From positions 40,114,001 to 40,178,000 of the forward strand of contig JAGIQG010000010.1 of the NCBI GenBank assembly GCA_024679065.1: a stretch of 64,000 bases of DNA. Direction: 5' to 3'. This DNA comes from Sphyrna mokarran (taxonomy: Eukaryota). Both the position numbers and the translations under genes were made by a program. Each line of letters begins with the position of its first letter. Within the stretch, counting starts at the first letter, position 1. Positions 38,199 through 49,383 of the stretch are shown here, one piece after another. The notes beneath the pieces were generated by a model. The model worked only from the letters and a program-made list of their open reading frames with translations, was not told the origin of the DNA and did no database searches.

Positions 38199-40140
38199 AT
38201 TTGATTTATTATTGCCAGATATATTAGTGTACACTGAAAAATATTGTTTCTTGCGCACTATACAAACAAAATATACCATTCATAAAAACCTACAGTGCAG
38301 AAAGAAGCCATCTGGCCGATTGAGTCTGCACCATCAATAATCTAACTCAGGCCCTACCCCAACATCCCTACACATTTACCCACTAATCCCTTTAACCTAT
38401 GCATCTCAGAACACTAAGAGGCAATTTTAGCATGGCCAATCAACCTAACCTGCATATCTTTGGACTGTGGGAGAAAACTGGAGCAAACCCACACAGACAC
38501 AAGGAGAACATGTAAACTCCACACAGACAGTGACTCAAGCTGGGAATTGAACCCAGGTCTCTAGAGCTGTGAAGCAGCAGTGCTAACCATTGCGCTATCG
38601 TGCAGCCCACGGTAGCATAGAGAAGGAAATAAGAAAGTGCAGAATGTAATGTTACAGTCATAGCTAGGGCGTAGAGAAGATCAACTTAATGCAAGGTAAG
38701 TCTATTCAAAAGTCTGACGGCAGCAGGGAAGAAGCAGTTCTTGAGTTGGTTGGTACGTGACCTCAGACTTTACTATCTTTTTCCCGAAGGAATAAGATGG
38801 AAAAGAGAACGTTCAGGGTGCATGGGGTCTTTAATCATGCTGGCTGCATTGTAGACAGAATCAATGGGTGAGAGGCTGGTTTGCGTGATTGATTGGGCTA
38901 AATTCACAACATTTTGTATTCCTTGCAGTCTTGGGCAGAGCAAGAGCTATAACAAACTGTGATACAACCAGAAAGAATACTTTCTATGGTACATCTGTAA
39001 AAGTTAGTGAGAGTCATAGATGACATGCCAAATTTCCTTCGTCTTCTGAGAAAGTAGAGGTATTGGTGGGCTTTCTTAACTATAGTGTTGGCATGGGGGG
39101 ACCAGGACAGGTTATTGGTGATCTGGGCTCTCGACCTTTCTACTTCACCCCCATTGATGTAGACAGGGACATTTTCTCCTTTACACTTCCTGAAGTCAAT
39201 GACAATCCCCCTTGTTTTGTTGACATTGAGGGAGAGATTATTATCATCACATCAGTTCACCAGATTCTCCATCTCAGTCCTGTACTCTCTGTCTCATCAT
39301 TGTTTGATATCCAACCCATTATGGTAGTGTCGTCAGCAAATTTGAAAATTGAATTGGAGGGAAATTTGATCACATACTCATAGGTGTAAAAAGATTATAG
39401 TAGGGAGCTGAGAGCACAGCCTTGTGGAGCACTGGCTTTGAGGATGATCATGGAGGAGGTGTTGTTGCCTGTCCTTATTGATTGTGATCTGGGAGTTAGG
39501 AAGTTCAGGATCCAGTCACAGAGAGAGGTGTCGAAGCTCGAGCCACAGAGTTTGGAGATGAGTTTCGTGGGAATAATAGTGTCGAAGGCTGTGTCAATAA
39601 ATAGGAGTCTGACATAGGTGTCCTTGTTATCTCGGTGTTCCAGGGACGAGTGCAGGACTAGGAAAATGACATTGTTGTGGATCTGTTGAGATGTGAAGCA
39701 ACTGTAGTGGATCCAAGTAGCCTGGGAGGCTGGAATTGATTTGTGTCATGACTAACCTTTCTAAGCACATCATAATGATGGATGCCAGAGTCATAGGCCA
39801 ATAGTCAAGTAAGGCACACTGCTTGGTTTTTATTAGGTACCGGCATGATGGTCAGCTTCTTGAAGCAGATGGGGAACTCAGATTGATATAAAGAGAGATT
39901 GAAGTTGTCTGTGAAAACTCCCGCAAGCTGATCCATGCATTATCTGAGAGCTCGTCTGGATACCCCATCTGGGCCAGTCGCTTTCCGTGGGTTGACCTTC
40001 AAGAAAGCTGCTCTGACATCTGCAATGGTGACCCCAGATACAGGTTAATTGGAGGCTTCCAGGATGGAGGACATGCTCTCACTGACCTCTTGCTCCAAAC
40101 AGGCATAGAATGCATTGAACTCATCGGGGAGGGTGTGTTG
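38199..40140 (-). mobile_element. Rex1/Babar-type LINE (RT), 5'-truncated, with a SINE inserted in its 3' UTR
   Basis: Minus strand ELNAFYA.FE, KATGPDGVS, YVRLLFID.SLR, APQGCALSSLL and KFADDTTI; tcaaa tail. Confidence 0.9.
38282..38612 (-). mobile_element. HE1/V-SINE, CR1-type tail
   Basis: gcacgatagcgcaatggttagcactgctgc head, B-box and V-core. Confidence 0.9.
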
Positions 40141-43100
40141 GACCTGGCAATTTTACATGCCTTCATCTTGTAGCCTGTTATGTCTTGCCAACTTTGCTTT
40201 GGCCAAATGGAGCAAAGTACTGCTGAATGTCAAACGCAGAATGCCCTGTTTACTAGACAGGTGCCTTAAGCAAGAACTTACTCAACAATATCAATTAGTC
40301 AACAACGAATCTAAAGACACAAGGAAACTACCAGAGAGCTTTGGGAACCATTGATTCAAAGTCACATTTCAAACATGCGAAATTTATCATGTCGATAGTG
40401 AATCACCACCTGCGGTGTGTTAGTATTATGCCTGAACTAAAAAGTTTGTTGTTAGATAATTAAGATTAATTGGTCTTCAAAAGTTTCTGATGAATTTTCC
40501 CATGCAAAGAACAAGGTCACATAAACAACAGTTTTCCCTTGTCTGCGAATGTATCCCACTGAAAGTGGCAAACCCAATTATAGTGGAGACGTCCAAATGC
40601 TTGTAAAAGATCGTGACAACAGAGGATAGTCACACATGAGAGAAGGACTTTTTTACCTTGTAGAGCTGTCAAGCTTTATTTTGGAGGCAATGGTAGTTTT
40701 TTTTTGCAACACCTCTATTAAGTAGCAAATCACAGACACTTTGAATTCACATTTCAATCCCTCAGGATATGGTTGAAGAAGAAATCTATTTCTTTTATAA
40801 ATCACAATGAAAAGTTTATCTGGGTAATGTTCATTCAACATCATGAAGAAATCTTGTAGCATGTTCCCAGATATCTGATTTTACCAATGACAATAGTTTT
40901 AATCCATTCATTGATTAGTATATATTATCTAGCTTGGACAACTGCTGGCACCTGCGATCACCACATTATAGGAAGTGTTCACACTGGAGAGGGTATAAAG
41001 AAGATTTATGAGGATTGTCATGATCTCCTTTGAGATCAATACTTTTTTAAAGAAAGTAATCTCCAACTGTGTCAAGAATGAAAACTGCTGGATAAGATTT
41101 TATTGATTAAAACTTTTATTACAAAAGAACCAAGAAAAATCAACACAATTCAAATATTAATTAACAGGTGAAGGATATTTCAAACAAAGAGGTAAACTTC
41201 ACTTGAAGCAGTTGATTCAACAAAAATATGCCTCATGTACTTATTGCACTTGTATCGCTTGTCACACAAATGAGGTTGAACATACAAGTACTGAAGACTT
41301 GTTCTCCAGAACTAGTCATGTCCTAGCCAAGCTGCCCTAATACAGCTACAATACAGTCATCCATCCAACAATGTAGATAAATTCCTATTTGTTTTGTACA
41401 CAAATAGCAGGATAAATCCAAACCAGTTAATTCCTGTCCCATTAGTCTATTCTTAATTATCAGCAAAATGATCGAAAGTGTTGTCAACAGTGAATCAAGC
41501 AGCCACTGCTCACTGACACTCAGTTTGGGTTCTGTCAGAGTTACTCAGCTCCTGACCCCATTGCAGCCTTATTCCAAACATGGACAAAAGATTTGAACTC
41601 AAGAGGTGAGGTGGAACTGATTGGCCTTAACACCAAGGCAGCATTTGACCAACAATGGCATCAAAGAGCAACAATTGGTCAAATGAAGTCAATGGATATC
41701 AGAGGGAAAACTCCACTGGCTAGAGTCATACTGAGCACAAAGAAAGATCATTGTGGTTATTGGTGGTCAATTGCCTCAGTCCCAGGATTTCACTGCAGGA
41801 GTTCCTGACAGTAGTATTCAAGGCCCAAGTATTTCAGCTGCTTTATCAATGTACTTCCCTCCATTACGTGGTCAGAAGCGGGGATGTCTATTGATAATTC
41901 TGCATTGTTCAGCAACATTCCCAACTCCTCAGATACTGAAGCATTCATGCCCATAAGCATCAAGACTTGGAAAACGTTTAACAGCTTGGGCTGTTAAATG
42001 GCAAGTAACATTCATGACACAGTGGCAAGCAAAAACCATTTCCAAAAAGAGGGAATCCAATCATCTTCCCTTGACATTCAATGGCATTATTATCACTGAA
42101 AACCCCACTACTTACATCCTGGATAACCATAGTGCAAAAAATGAAATGGACTAGCCCTATAAATACTGTGGCTAAAACAGCAGGTCAGAGGCTAGGAATC
42201 CTGTGGTGGATAACTCAATTCCTAACTTCCTAGACCCTGTCCCTCTTATACAACGCACAACTCAAGAGTGTGAATGAATGCCTTCTACTTCCCTGGATGA
42301 ATGCAACTCCAACAACACTCAAGAAATTTTCATGCAGCCCATTTGATTGATGTCCATTCCACCACCTTCAACATTCACTCCCTCCACTACTTTCACACAT
42401 TGCAGCAGTATGTACAAGCTATAAGACGCACTGCAGCAACTCACCAAGACTCCTTTGACAGCACCCTCCAAATCCACAACCTCTACCAGAGGGACAAGGG
42501 CAACAGATACATGGAATATCACCTCTTATGAGTTTCTCTCCAAGCCATACATCATCCTGACCTAGAACTATCTTACCATTCCTTCACTCTCTGAGTTAAA
42601 AATCAGTAAGAAGTTTCACAATACCAGGTTAAAGTCCAACATGTTTACTTGGTAGCAAAAAAACCACTAGCTTTCAGTGTGCTATTCCTTCATCAGGTAA
42701 GTTGAAGTTCTGTTCACAAACAGGGCATATAAAGACACAAATTCAATTTACAAAATAATAATTGGAATGCAAGTCTTTACATGTAATAAATCTGAAAGAT
42801 GCAGACAATGTGAGTGGAGAGAGCGTTAAGCACAGGCTAAAGAGATGTGTATTGTCTCCAGCTGGGACAGTCAGTGAGACTTCGCAAGCTCAGGCAGATC
42901 ATGAGAGTTACAGATAATGTGATATGAACCCAAGATTCTGGTTGAGACCATCCTCATGTGTGCAGAGCTTGCCTATCAGTCTCTGTTCAAAGACTCTGCA
43001 TTGTCGTGTGTCATGATGGCTGCCTTGGAGAATGCTTACTTAAAGATCAAAGGCCGAATGCCTGTGACTGCTGAAGTGTTTCCGCACAGGAAAAGAACAC

Positions 43101-43318
43101 ACTTGCCTGGTGATTCTCGAGGGCTACATAGAACATAGAACATTACAGCACAGAACAGGCCCTTCGGCCTTCGATGTTGCGCCGACCAATATAAAAAGCA
43201 ATGCCCCTCCAAACTAATCATGATATACAGATGCCGGCGTTGGATTGGGGTGGTAAGAACTCAGTAAGAATTTAGCAACACCAATTTATAATCCAACCGA
43301 TTTATTTGATAGTAAAAA

Positions 43319-43353
43319 CGCGAGCTTTCAACACTCTGTGTCTTCCTCAGGCA
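43319..43353 (-). ncRNA. Minimal type I hammerhead ribozyme motif (mirror copy)
   Basis: Exact reverse complement of 43627-43661. Confidence 0.72.
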
Positions 43354-43626
43354 AATGCAGTGTTCTGGTCTGCAATAGCACACATCAGCACAGACAGTCA
43401 GAGATTGCTGATTAGAATGCGAATCCTTACATCTAACCTGCTATTCAAGTGTTAAAGTGGCGAACAATGTGTGTGAAGGGAATCCTGAGCATTGTTGGAG
43501 AATTCACACACATTGTTTGCCACTTTAACACTTCAATAGCAGGTTAGATGTAAGGATTCGCATTCTAATCAGCAATCTCTGACTGTCTGTGCTGATGTGT
43601 GCTATTGCAGACCAGAACACTGCATT

Positions 43627-43661
43627 TGCCTGAGGAAGACACAGAGTGTTGAAAGCTCGCG
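43627..43661 (+). ncRNA. Minimal type I hammerhead ribozyme motif
   Basis: UGC-CUGAGGA-A-GACAC(AGA)GUGUU-GAAA-GC-UC-GCG: intact CUGANGA/GAAA/UH core, 5-bp stem II, palindromic AGCU in place of stem III. Confidence 0.72.
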
Positions 43662-44014
43662 TTTTTACTATCAAATAAATCGGTTGGATTATAACTTGGT
43701 GTTGCTAAATTCTTACTGAGTTCTTACCTCCAAACTAAACCATTCCCTTCTCTCATATACTTATCAACTAACCTCTTAAACGCCACCAAACTTGGCGCAT
43801 CTACAACCGCTGCAGGCAGGGCATTCCACTCCCAACCACCCTTTGGGTAAAGAACCTACCTCTGATATCCATCCTAAACTATCACCCCTTAATTTAAAGC
43901 TGTATCCCCTCGTGCTAGCTTTCTCCATCCTAGGAAAAGGCTATCACTGTCCCCCTATCTAAACCTCTAATCATCTTATATGTTTCGATTAGGTCCCCTC
44001 TTAGCGCCTCCTTT

Positions 44015-44509
44015 CTAACGAAACAACCTCAAATCCCTCAGCCTCTCTTCATAAGACCTGCCCTCCATACCAGGCAACATCCTGGTAAACCTCCTCTGTA
44101 CCCTCTCCAATGCCTCCACATCTTTCTTATAATGTGGGGACCAGAACTGCACACAATACTCCAAGTGCGGCCGCACTAGAGTTTTGTACAGTTGCAACAT
44201 GACGTTGCGGCTCCGAAATTCAATCCCCCTACCAATAAAAGCTAAGACTCCATATGCCTTCTTAACAACCTTCTCGACTTGACTGCCTACTTTCAGGGAT
44301 CTATGCACATACATACCAAGATCCCTCTGTTCATCAAGACTATTAAGAATCCTACCATTAGCCCTATACTCTACACATTTATTATTCCTGCCATAGTGCA
44401 TTACCTCACACTTTTCCACATTAAACTCCATTTGCCACCTCTCGGCCCAGCTCTGCAACTTGTCCAAGTCTCTCTGCAAACTATAACACCCCTCTTCACT
44501 ATCTACCAC
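44015..44509 (-). pseudogene. CR1 ORF2 reverse transcriptase, C-terminal frame piece (164 aa)
   Basis: LQRDLDKLQSWAERWQMEFNVEKC, RDLG, LYKTLVRPHLEYCVQFWSP and LERVQRRFTRM. Confidence 0.95.
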
Positions 44510-45567
44510 TCCACCGACTTAGTGTCATCTGCAAATTTACTAATCCATCCTTCAATACCCTCATCCAGATCATTTATAAAAATTACAAACAGCAGGGGCC
44601 CCAAAACAGACCCCTGAGGTACACCACTTGTCACCGAACTCCACGATGAATATCTCCCATCAACCACCACCCTCTGTCTTCTATCTGCTAGCCAATTCCT
44701 AATCCAATTAGCTAAATCACCCTCTATCCCATACAACTGCATTTTCTGCAGAAGTCTTCCATGGGCCACCTTATCAAACGCCTTACTAAAGTCCATATAT
44801 ACCACATCAACCGCCTTACCCCTATCCACCTCTTTGGTCACTTTTTCAAAAAACTCAATGAGGTTAGTAAGGCACGACCTACCCTTCACAAAACCATGCT
44901 GACTATCCCCAATCAATTCATTTCTCTCTAAATAACTATAAATCCTATCCCTAATAATTCTCTCCAATACTTTTCCCATAACAGAAGTAAGACTCACTGG
45001 CCTATAATTCCCTGGAAGGTCTCTCTTCCCCTTCTTGAACAATGGGACCACATTCGCTATCCTCCAGTCCTCCGGAACCACACCCGTAACCAACGACGAC
45101 CTGAAGATCAGAGCCAGAGGCTCTGCAATCTCCTCTCTTGCCTCCCAGAGAATCCTAGGGTAAATCCCGTCCGGCCCAGGGGACTTATCCAACTTCAAAC
45201 CCTCGAGAATATCTAGCACATCCTCCCTATCTACTTCGATACTTTCCAGTTTGCTACCCTGTACCTCAGTGTTCTCCATAACTACATTTACATCACCCTG
45301 CGTGAATACCGAAGAGAAATATTTATTCAGTGCCTCTCCAATCTCTTCAGGCTCCACGCACAACTTCCCACTGCTGTCTATGACTGGCCCTAATCTTGTC
45401 CTAACCAATCTTCTATTCTTAACATATCTAAAGGAAGCTTTAGGATTCTCCTTAATCCTATCAGCCAAAGTCTTCTCGTGTCCTCTCTTAGCTCTTCTCA
45501 ATTCACTCTTTAGCTCCCTCCTGGCTAATCTATAGCTATCCAACCCTTCATTCAACCCTTCATTCAA
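44503..45567 (-). pseudogene. CR1 ORF2 reverse transcriptase, N-terminal frame piece (354 aa)
   Basis: [57 protein letters not shown] and FADDTK, then a frameshift. Confidence 0.95.
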
Positions 45568-46651
45568 CCCTTGTCATCCTTTCCATTTAGGAAAGGATGT
45601 CCTGAGGCATCGTACATTGGGAAGACCATGCAGACACTATGACAACAGATGAATTAACACCACTTGACAATCATCAGGCAAGAGGGTTCTCTTCCTGTTA
45701 GGGAACACTTCAATGGTCAGGGGATTTGGCCTCTGATCTTTGGGTAATTCTTCTCCAAGGCAGCCATCACAAGACATGACAATGCAGAGTTGCTATGCCG
45801 AGACTGATAGTCAAGTTCTGCACACATGAGGACAGCCTCAACTGGGATCTTGGGTTCATCCCCATGGCTTGCCTGGGCTTGCAAAATCTGTTAACTGTTT
45901 TGGCTGGAAACAGTACACATCTCTTTAACCTGTGCTTAACCCTCTCTCCACTCACACTGTCTGTAACTTTAAGACTTGATTACCTGTAAAGACTTGCATT
46001 CCAACCATTATTTTGTAAATGGAATTTGTGTTTTTATATGCCCTATTTGTGAACAGAACTTACACTTATCTAACAAAGGAGCAGTGCTTTGAAAGCCAGT
46101 GGCTTTTGCTATCAAATAAACCTGTTGGACTTTAACCTGGTCTTGTGAGACTTCTTACTGTGTTTGTCTCAGTCCAACACCGGCAACTCCACATTCTGAG
46201 ATAAAATCTCAGAACTCCCTCTCTAACAGCATTGTGATTGCACTTGTACCACCTGGCTTGCAGTGGTTCAAGAAGGCAACTCACTTCTCAAGGGTACTCA
46301 AGAATGGGCAATAATTCAAGCCAAAGCAGCAATCCACATTATAAAAGAATAAAACTCCATATTATGAATGAATAAAAATTATCTCTCATTTCCTTTCCGA
46401 TTATTTCAGCTTTTTAGTATGTTCACCTACAACTAAAGTTCCTGAGCATAGTTACTATTGGCAAAACAAAATGCACTCTCTCACAGAGTCACAACAGTCA
46501 TGGTAGCATGAAATCCATCAAGGCTCCCTTCACTGATGCTTTTAAATGGTCCGGTGGTCTCTGGCAAAATTGAAACCTCACTAATATGTCTTGTCCAAAG
46601 CACAATCCCTTGACTTTCTAGTCTTCAGCTCTCTTTCCATTCTAAAACATA

Positions 46652-48490
46652 AGGCCCAATTTTGCCATCGCATTGCACCTGTTTTCAGGTGTAAAAACTT
46701 GGCAAAGTCAGGCATGAGGCAAATATTGCGATCTGTGTGCATCTCCGTGTAGGTTCTGCCTTTACCAAGGCCCGAAATTAGATGTGAATGGGATCATGCC
46801 CAAATTAGGTGCAACAGCAATTTAAATGCATTTAAGTTGACTTAATAGCCTGCTCACCCAACCTTACTGGCACTTCTTCCTTTGTCACCACATATGCCCA
46901 TCCAGAATCAGCACGAAACAGACATACTCCATAAAAGTCCGATTTGGGCGCTCCAGTTAGTGAGGAGTATATGCTGAACATGTGACAGCTCTCTGCTTGA
47001 GATCAGAGGTTGCCACTCTGCCTGAGATCAGTGTGGGGGGGGAAGGGGGTCTGTTGCCACTCTGCCTGAGATCAGTTGGATGGAAGGGGAGTTCTCTGCC
47101 ACTCTGCCTGTGATTAGTTGGGGGAAGAGGGGGAGGGAGCCGCAATTAGTCTGGGTGGCACAGGGTGAAGGGATAAGAAGATCAGTAATGTTCATATGGG
47201 CAATGTCTGTGGGGGCAAGGGGGAGGCAATATCCAGCCCAGTAGTGATGCGGCAGGGGAGCCACATTCTATAACTTCTCTTCTGCGCGTGCGCACTTGGA
47301 TGCGCTGAACGGAGCTACAGGATTTCGGATGCGGTAAGCCCTGCCCACAGGCTTGTGCAGCACAATTCGGAATCGCTGATATTTTTGCTACCAGAGTGTG
47401 TATGGGAGTGTTTGAGAACGTGTTTAGAAGTCAGATTTGAAATATTCCCCGTTTCAAGACAGCCCAGCACTGAGGGCCTGATTTTACCATTTTCATTCTA
47501 AGTGCCGATTCTGGGCGCAGCACAGATCCGACTTAGAAATCCGCTTTCAGATGCCCCCATATGCTCTCAGCCATCTCCATCCGATTCATAATGTGGACAG
47601 AGCTTAATATTGCTGGTCTGGGTAGTGGGGGAGGGTGTGGATAAGGGGGACAGTGATGTGTATGGGTAGTGGGGGGGATAAGGGACACTCACATCACTGG
47701 CCCTCCTTATCTACCCCCACCACTACCCAAACCAATCGCACACCTTGCTCCCTTTGTCCCCACCGATCGCCCGCAGGGTGTCAGTGGACTCCCCTGCCAC
47801 ACCTCCCCCATCAGAGATCCATCTGACTCGCCTCCCTCCCCCCAAGACAATGATTTGGCCTCACACCCCCCTCACAACTAACTTACCTCACTCTCCCCTC
47901 CTCTCCAGAAGAACATCTGACCCACCTTCTTCCCTCCACCATCAGAGAACGATCACCCTCTCTCTCAACAATTTGATAACATCAACCCTTTCCTCATCTC
48001 TAGACAATGATCAGTCCACCCCCGCCAGAGATACATTTGACCCACTTCCTCAATCAGACAACGATTTGACCTCGCTCCCCTCCTACCAGAGAATGATCTG
48101 ACCTGCCTCCACCCCCACTCCCACCACTGATCTGAGTCAGAGAACAGTTGGAAACACTGAACGTGCTCTTCAGAAGCTGGAACACCCGACTCAGATTTTT
48201 ATTCGGCAGGTCCTTAAAAGTGCGCTTCCAGATTGGTAAACGGGGAATTGCTGATCAAGTTGAGCAGGCAGTTCATTAATTCAATTTAAATGCATTCTGT
48301 GCCCGATTTGAGCGTGGAACGGATCCTTGCGATTCGCAGTTCTTGGTAAAGTGGCGATCTGCATGGACTCAGATGCAGATCGTGATAAAGACCTCACACC
48401 CAATTTTAACACAATTTTGTGCCAACGCAAAATGGGTGCAAACTATTGGCAAAATTGGGCCCTCAGATTCTAAATGGTAAAATAGGACCC
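46652..48490 (+). mobile_element. Non-autonomous DNA transposon family B (outer copy)
   Basis: Left end aggcccaattttgcca, right end aaatggtaaaataggaccc. Interrupted ~25 bp from its right end. Confidence 0.75.
47474..48462 (-). mobile_element. Family B relative inserted in inverted orientation (inner copy)
   Basis: Ends gggcctgattttacca / tggcaaaattgggccc with flanks tga/tca. Subterminal homology to the outer copy. Confidence 0.75.
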
Positions 48491-49383
48491 ATCTGTCCTA
48501 TTTTCATAAAACCATGATATCATAAGGGTCTGTGTGAATATTGCCAAAGTGAGAATTGTTTCTTCAGATTTTTTTTTTCTCTCACACATATTTTCAGTAT
48601 GTTATGAATTGCCAAACATAAAACAAACGCTGGCACAACCCCAGTATAATTAGTATTCTCTTTATCTTTTGTTTCTTAGCTCTTCAGCCCCATGATGACC
48701 TCTGGTCACGTGGTAATTTATGGAATCTAATGATGACCAATTGTCCATCTTTCAGAATACTCACCAGTTCATCCTGGCCTTTAAATGGACAATGCATAAA
48801 CAGAGCATATGGATCCTCACAGGCTTTTGCCAGATTGAGACTATTTTAGCTATGTCAAAAGGTGGATGGGCTGGAGTTGTTTTCTTTAGAATGGAGGAGA
48901 CTAAGGACAGATGTAATTGAGATGTATAAAATTAAGAGAGGCTGAGTTAGAGTGGATAGAATGTAGCTATTTCCTTTGGCAATGAGGATAATGATTTTAA
49001 AACAATTGGTTGCAGGATCAGAGTGAGTTATGGAGAATTATTTTTATTCAGAGCGGTCTGGAAATTATCCTGAAAAGAGTTTTGGGGGTGAAAATCCTTT
49101 ATGCAATAAAAAACTTGCTTGAAATGCCATAGACCACTAGACTTTCAACCGGGAGCTGGAAAGTGAAATTAGGCTGGATAATTCAATTTTGGTTGACATA
49201 CACATGATGCGCTGAAAAGTCTCTGCCTTTGATAAAGTATCATAAAATGCTATTTGAATTATGTTGTTTATCTATAAGCAGTAACCATACTTTGTATTGC
49301 TTCTTTGAAGCCTTCTGCTTTGTAGCCAGCTGACAAGTTGACTTCACTACTCAAGCTTTGTTTATATATCATTCTCCACTATG

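Larger units (their letters stand above)
43218..43728. mobile_element. Very young fold-back mini-Penelope (511 bp)
   Basis: 226-bp inverted arms 43252-43477 / 43503-43728 (3 mismatches by eye), a 25-nt spacer, a ~34-nt one-sided tail, and TSD cctccaaactaa (43206, 43727). Confidence 0.93.
43127..45572 (-). mobile_element. Young 5'-truncated CR1 LINE
   Basis: Near-intact RT ORF pieces; 3' end ggccgaagggcctgttctgtgctgtaatg(ttctatg)2t at 43127-43170. Confidence 0.96.
42605..46194. mobile_element. Fold-back Penelope-like element (left arm 42605-43126 minus; right arm 45590-46194 plus) with GIY-YIG endonuclease remnant
   Basis: Right arm reads KGCPEASYIGKTMQTL.QQMN..HLTIIRQEGSLPVREHF...LIVKFCTHEDSLNWDLGF, and the left arm is its reverse complement. 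TSD tctgag(t/a)taaaatc (42590, 46195). Central hairpin at 45575-45599. Confidence 0.88.
41326..46378 (+). mobile_element. CR1/L2-group LINE, distinct family (41326-42604 plus 46195-46378)
   Basis: LNTKAAFDQQWH, AGVPDSSIQGP, WAVKWQVTF, and AGQRLGIL. 3' tail cagtggttcaagaaggcaactcac..gaatgggcaataa resumes after the Penelope insertion. Confidence 0.85.
41016..48821. mobile_element. Solo LTR (about 0.9 kb net: 41016-41325, 46380-46651, 48491-48821)
   Basis: TGTCA...TCACA termini and 4-bp flanks GGAT/GGCT. 41090-41240 is similar to 62510-62650 (shared gtaaacttcacttgaag). Confidence 0.6.
40940..49230 (+). mobile_element. Old CR1 3' fragment split in two (40940-41015 and 48826-49230) by a 7.8-kb nested stack
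   Basis: ccacattataggaag...gaagatttatgaggat | tttgccagattgagactattttagctatg...ggagactaaggacagatgtaattgagatgtataaaatt (RLRxDxIEMYKI). Confidence 0.75.

Noticed and set aside
44500-44520. Programmed frameshift in the CR1 RT
   Set aside because: CR1 ORF2 is normally one frame and no slippery heptamer is present. A single-base indel (mutation or sequencing error) just after FADDTK explains it.
44279-45535. Plus-strand ORFs of 112 aa and 94 aa
   Set aside because: Antisense shadows of the CR1 RT.
46063-46100. Hammerhead in the right arm of the large Penelope
   Set aside because: The core is mutated (ctaacaa instead of ctgatga; gcca instead of gcta). Only the left-arm copy (42665-42699, minus) keeps the core, with a damaged stem II.
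46988-47120. CRISPR-like repeat-spacer pattern
   Set aside because: Eukaryotic context, no cas genes, low-complexity G-rich spacers of unequal length, and located inside a MITE.
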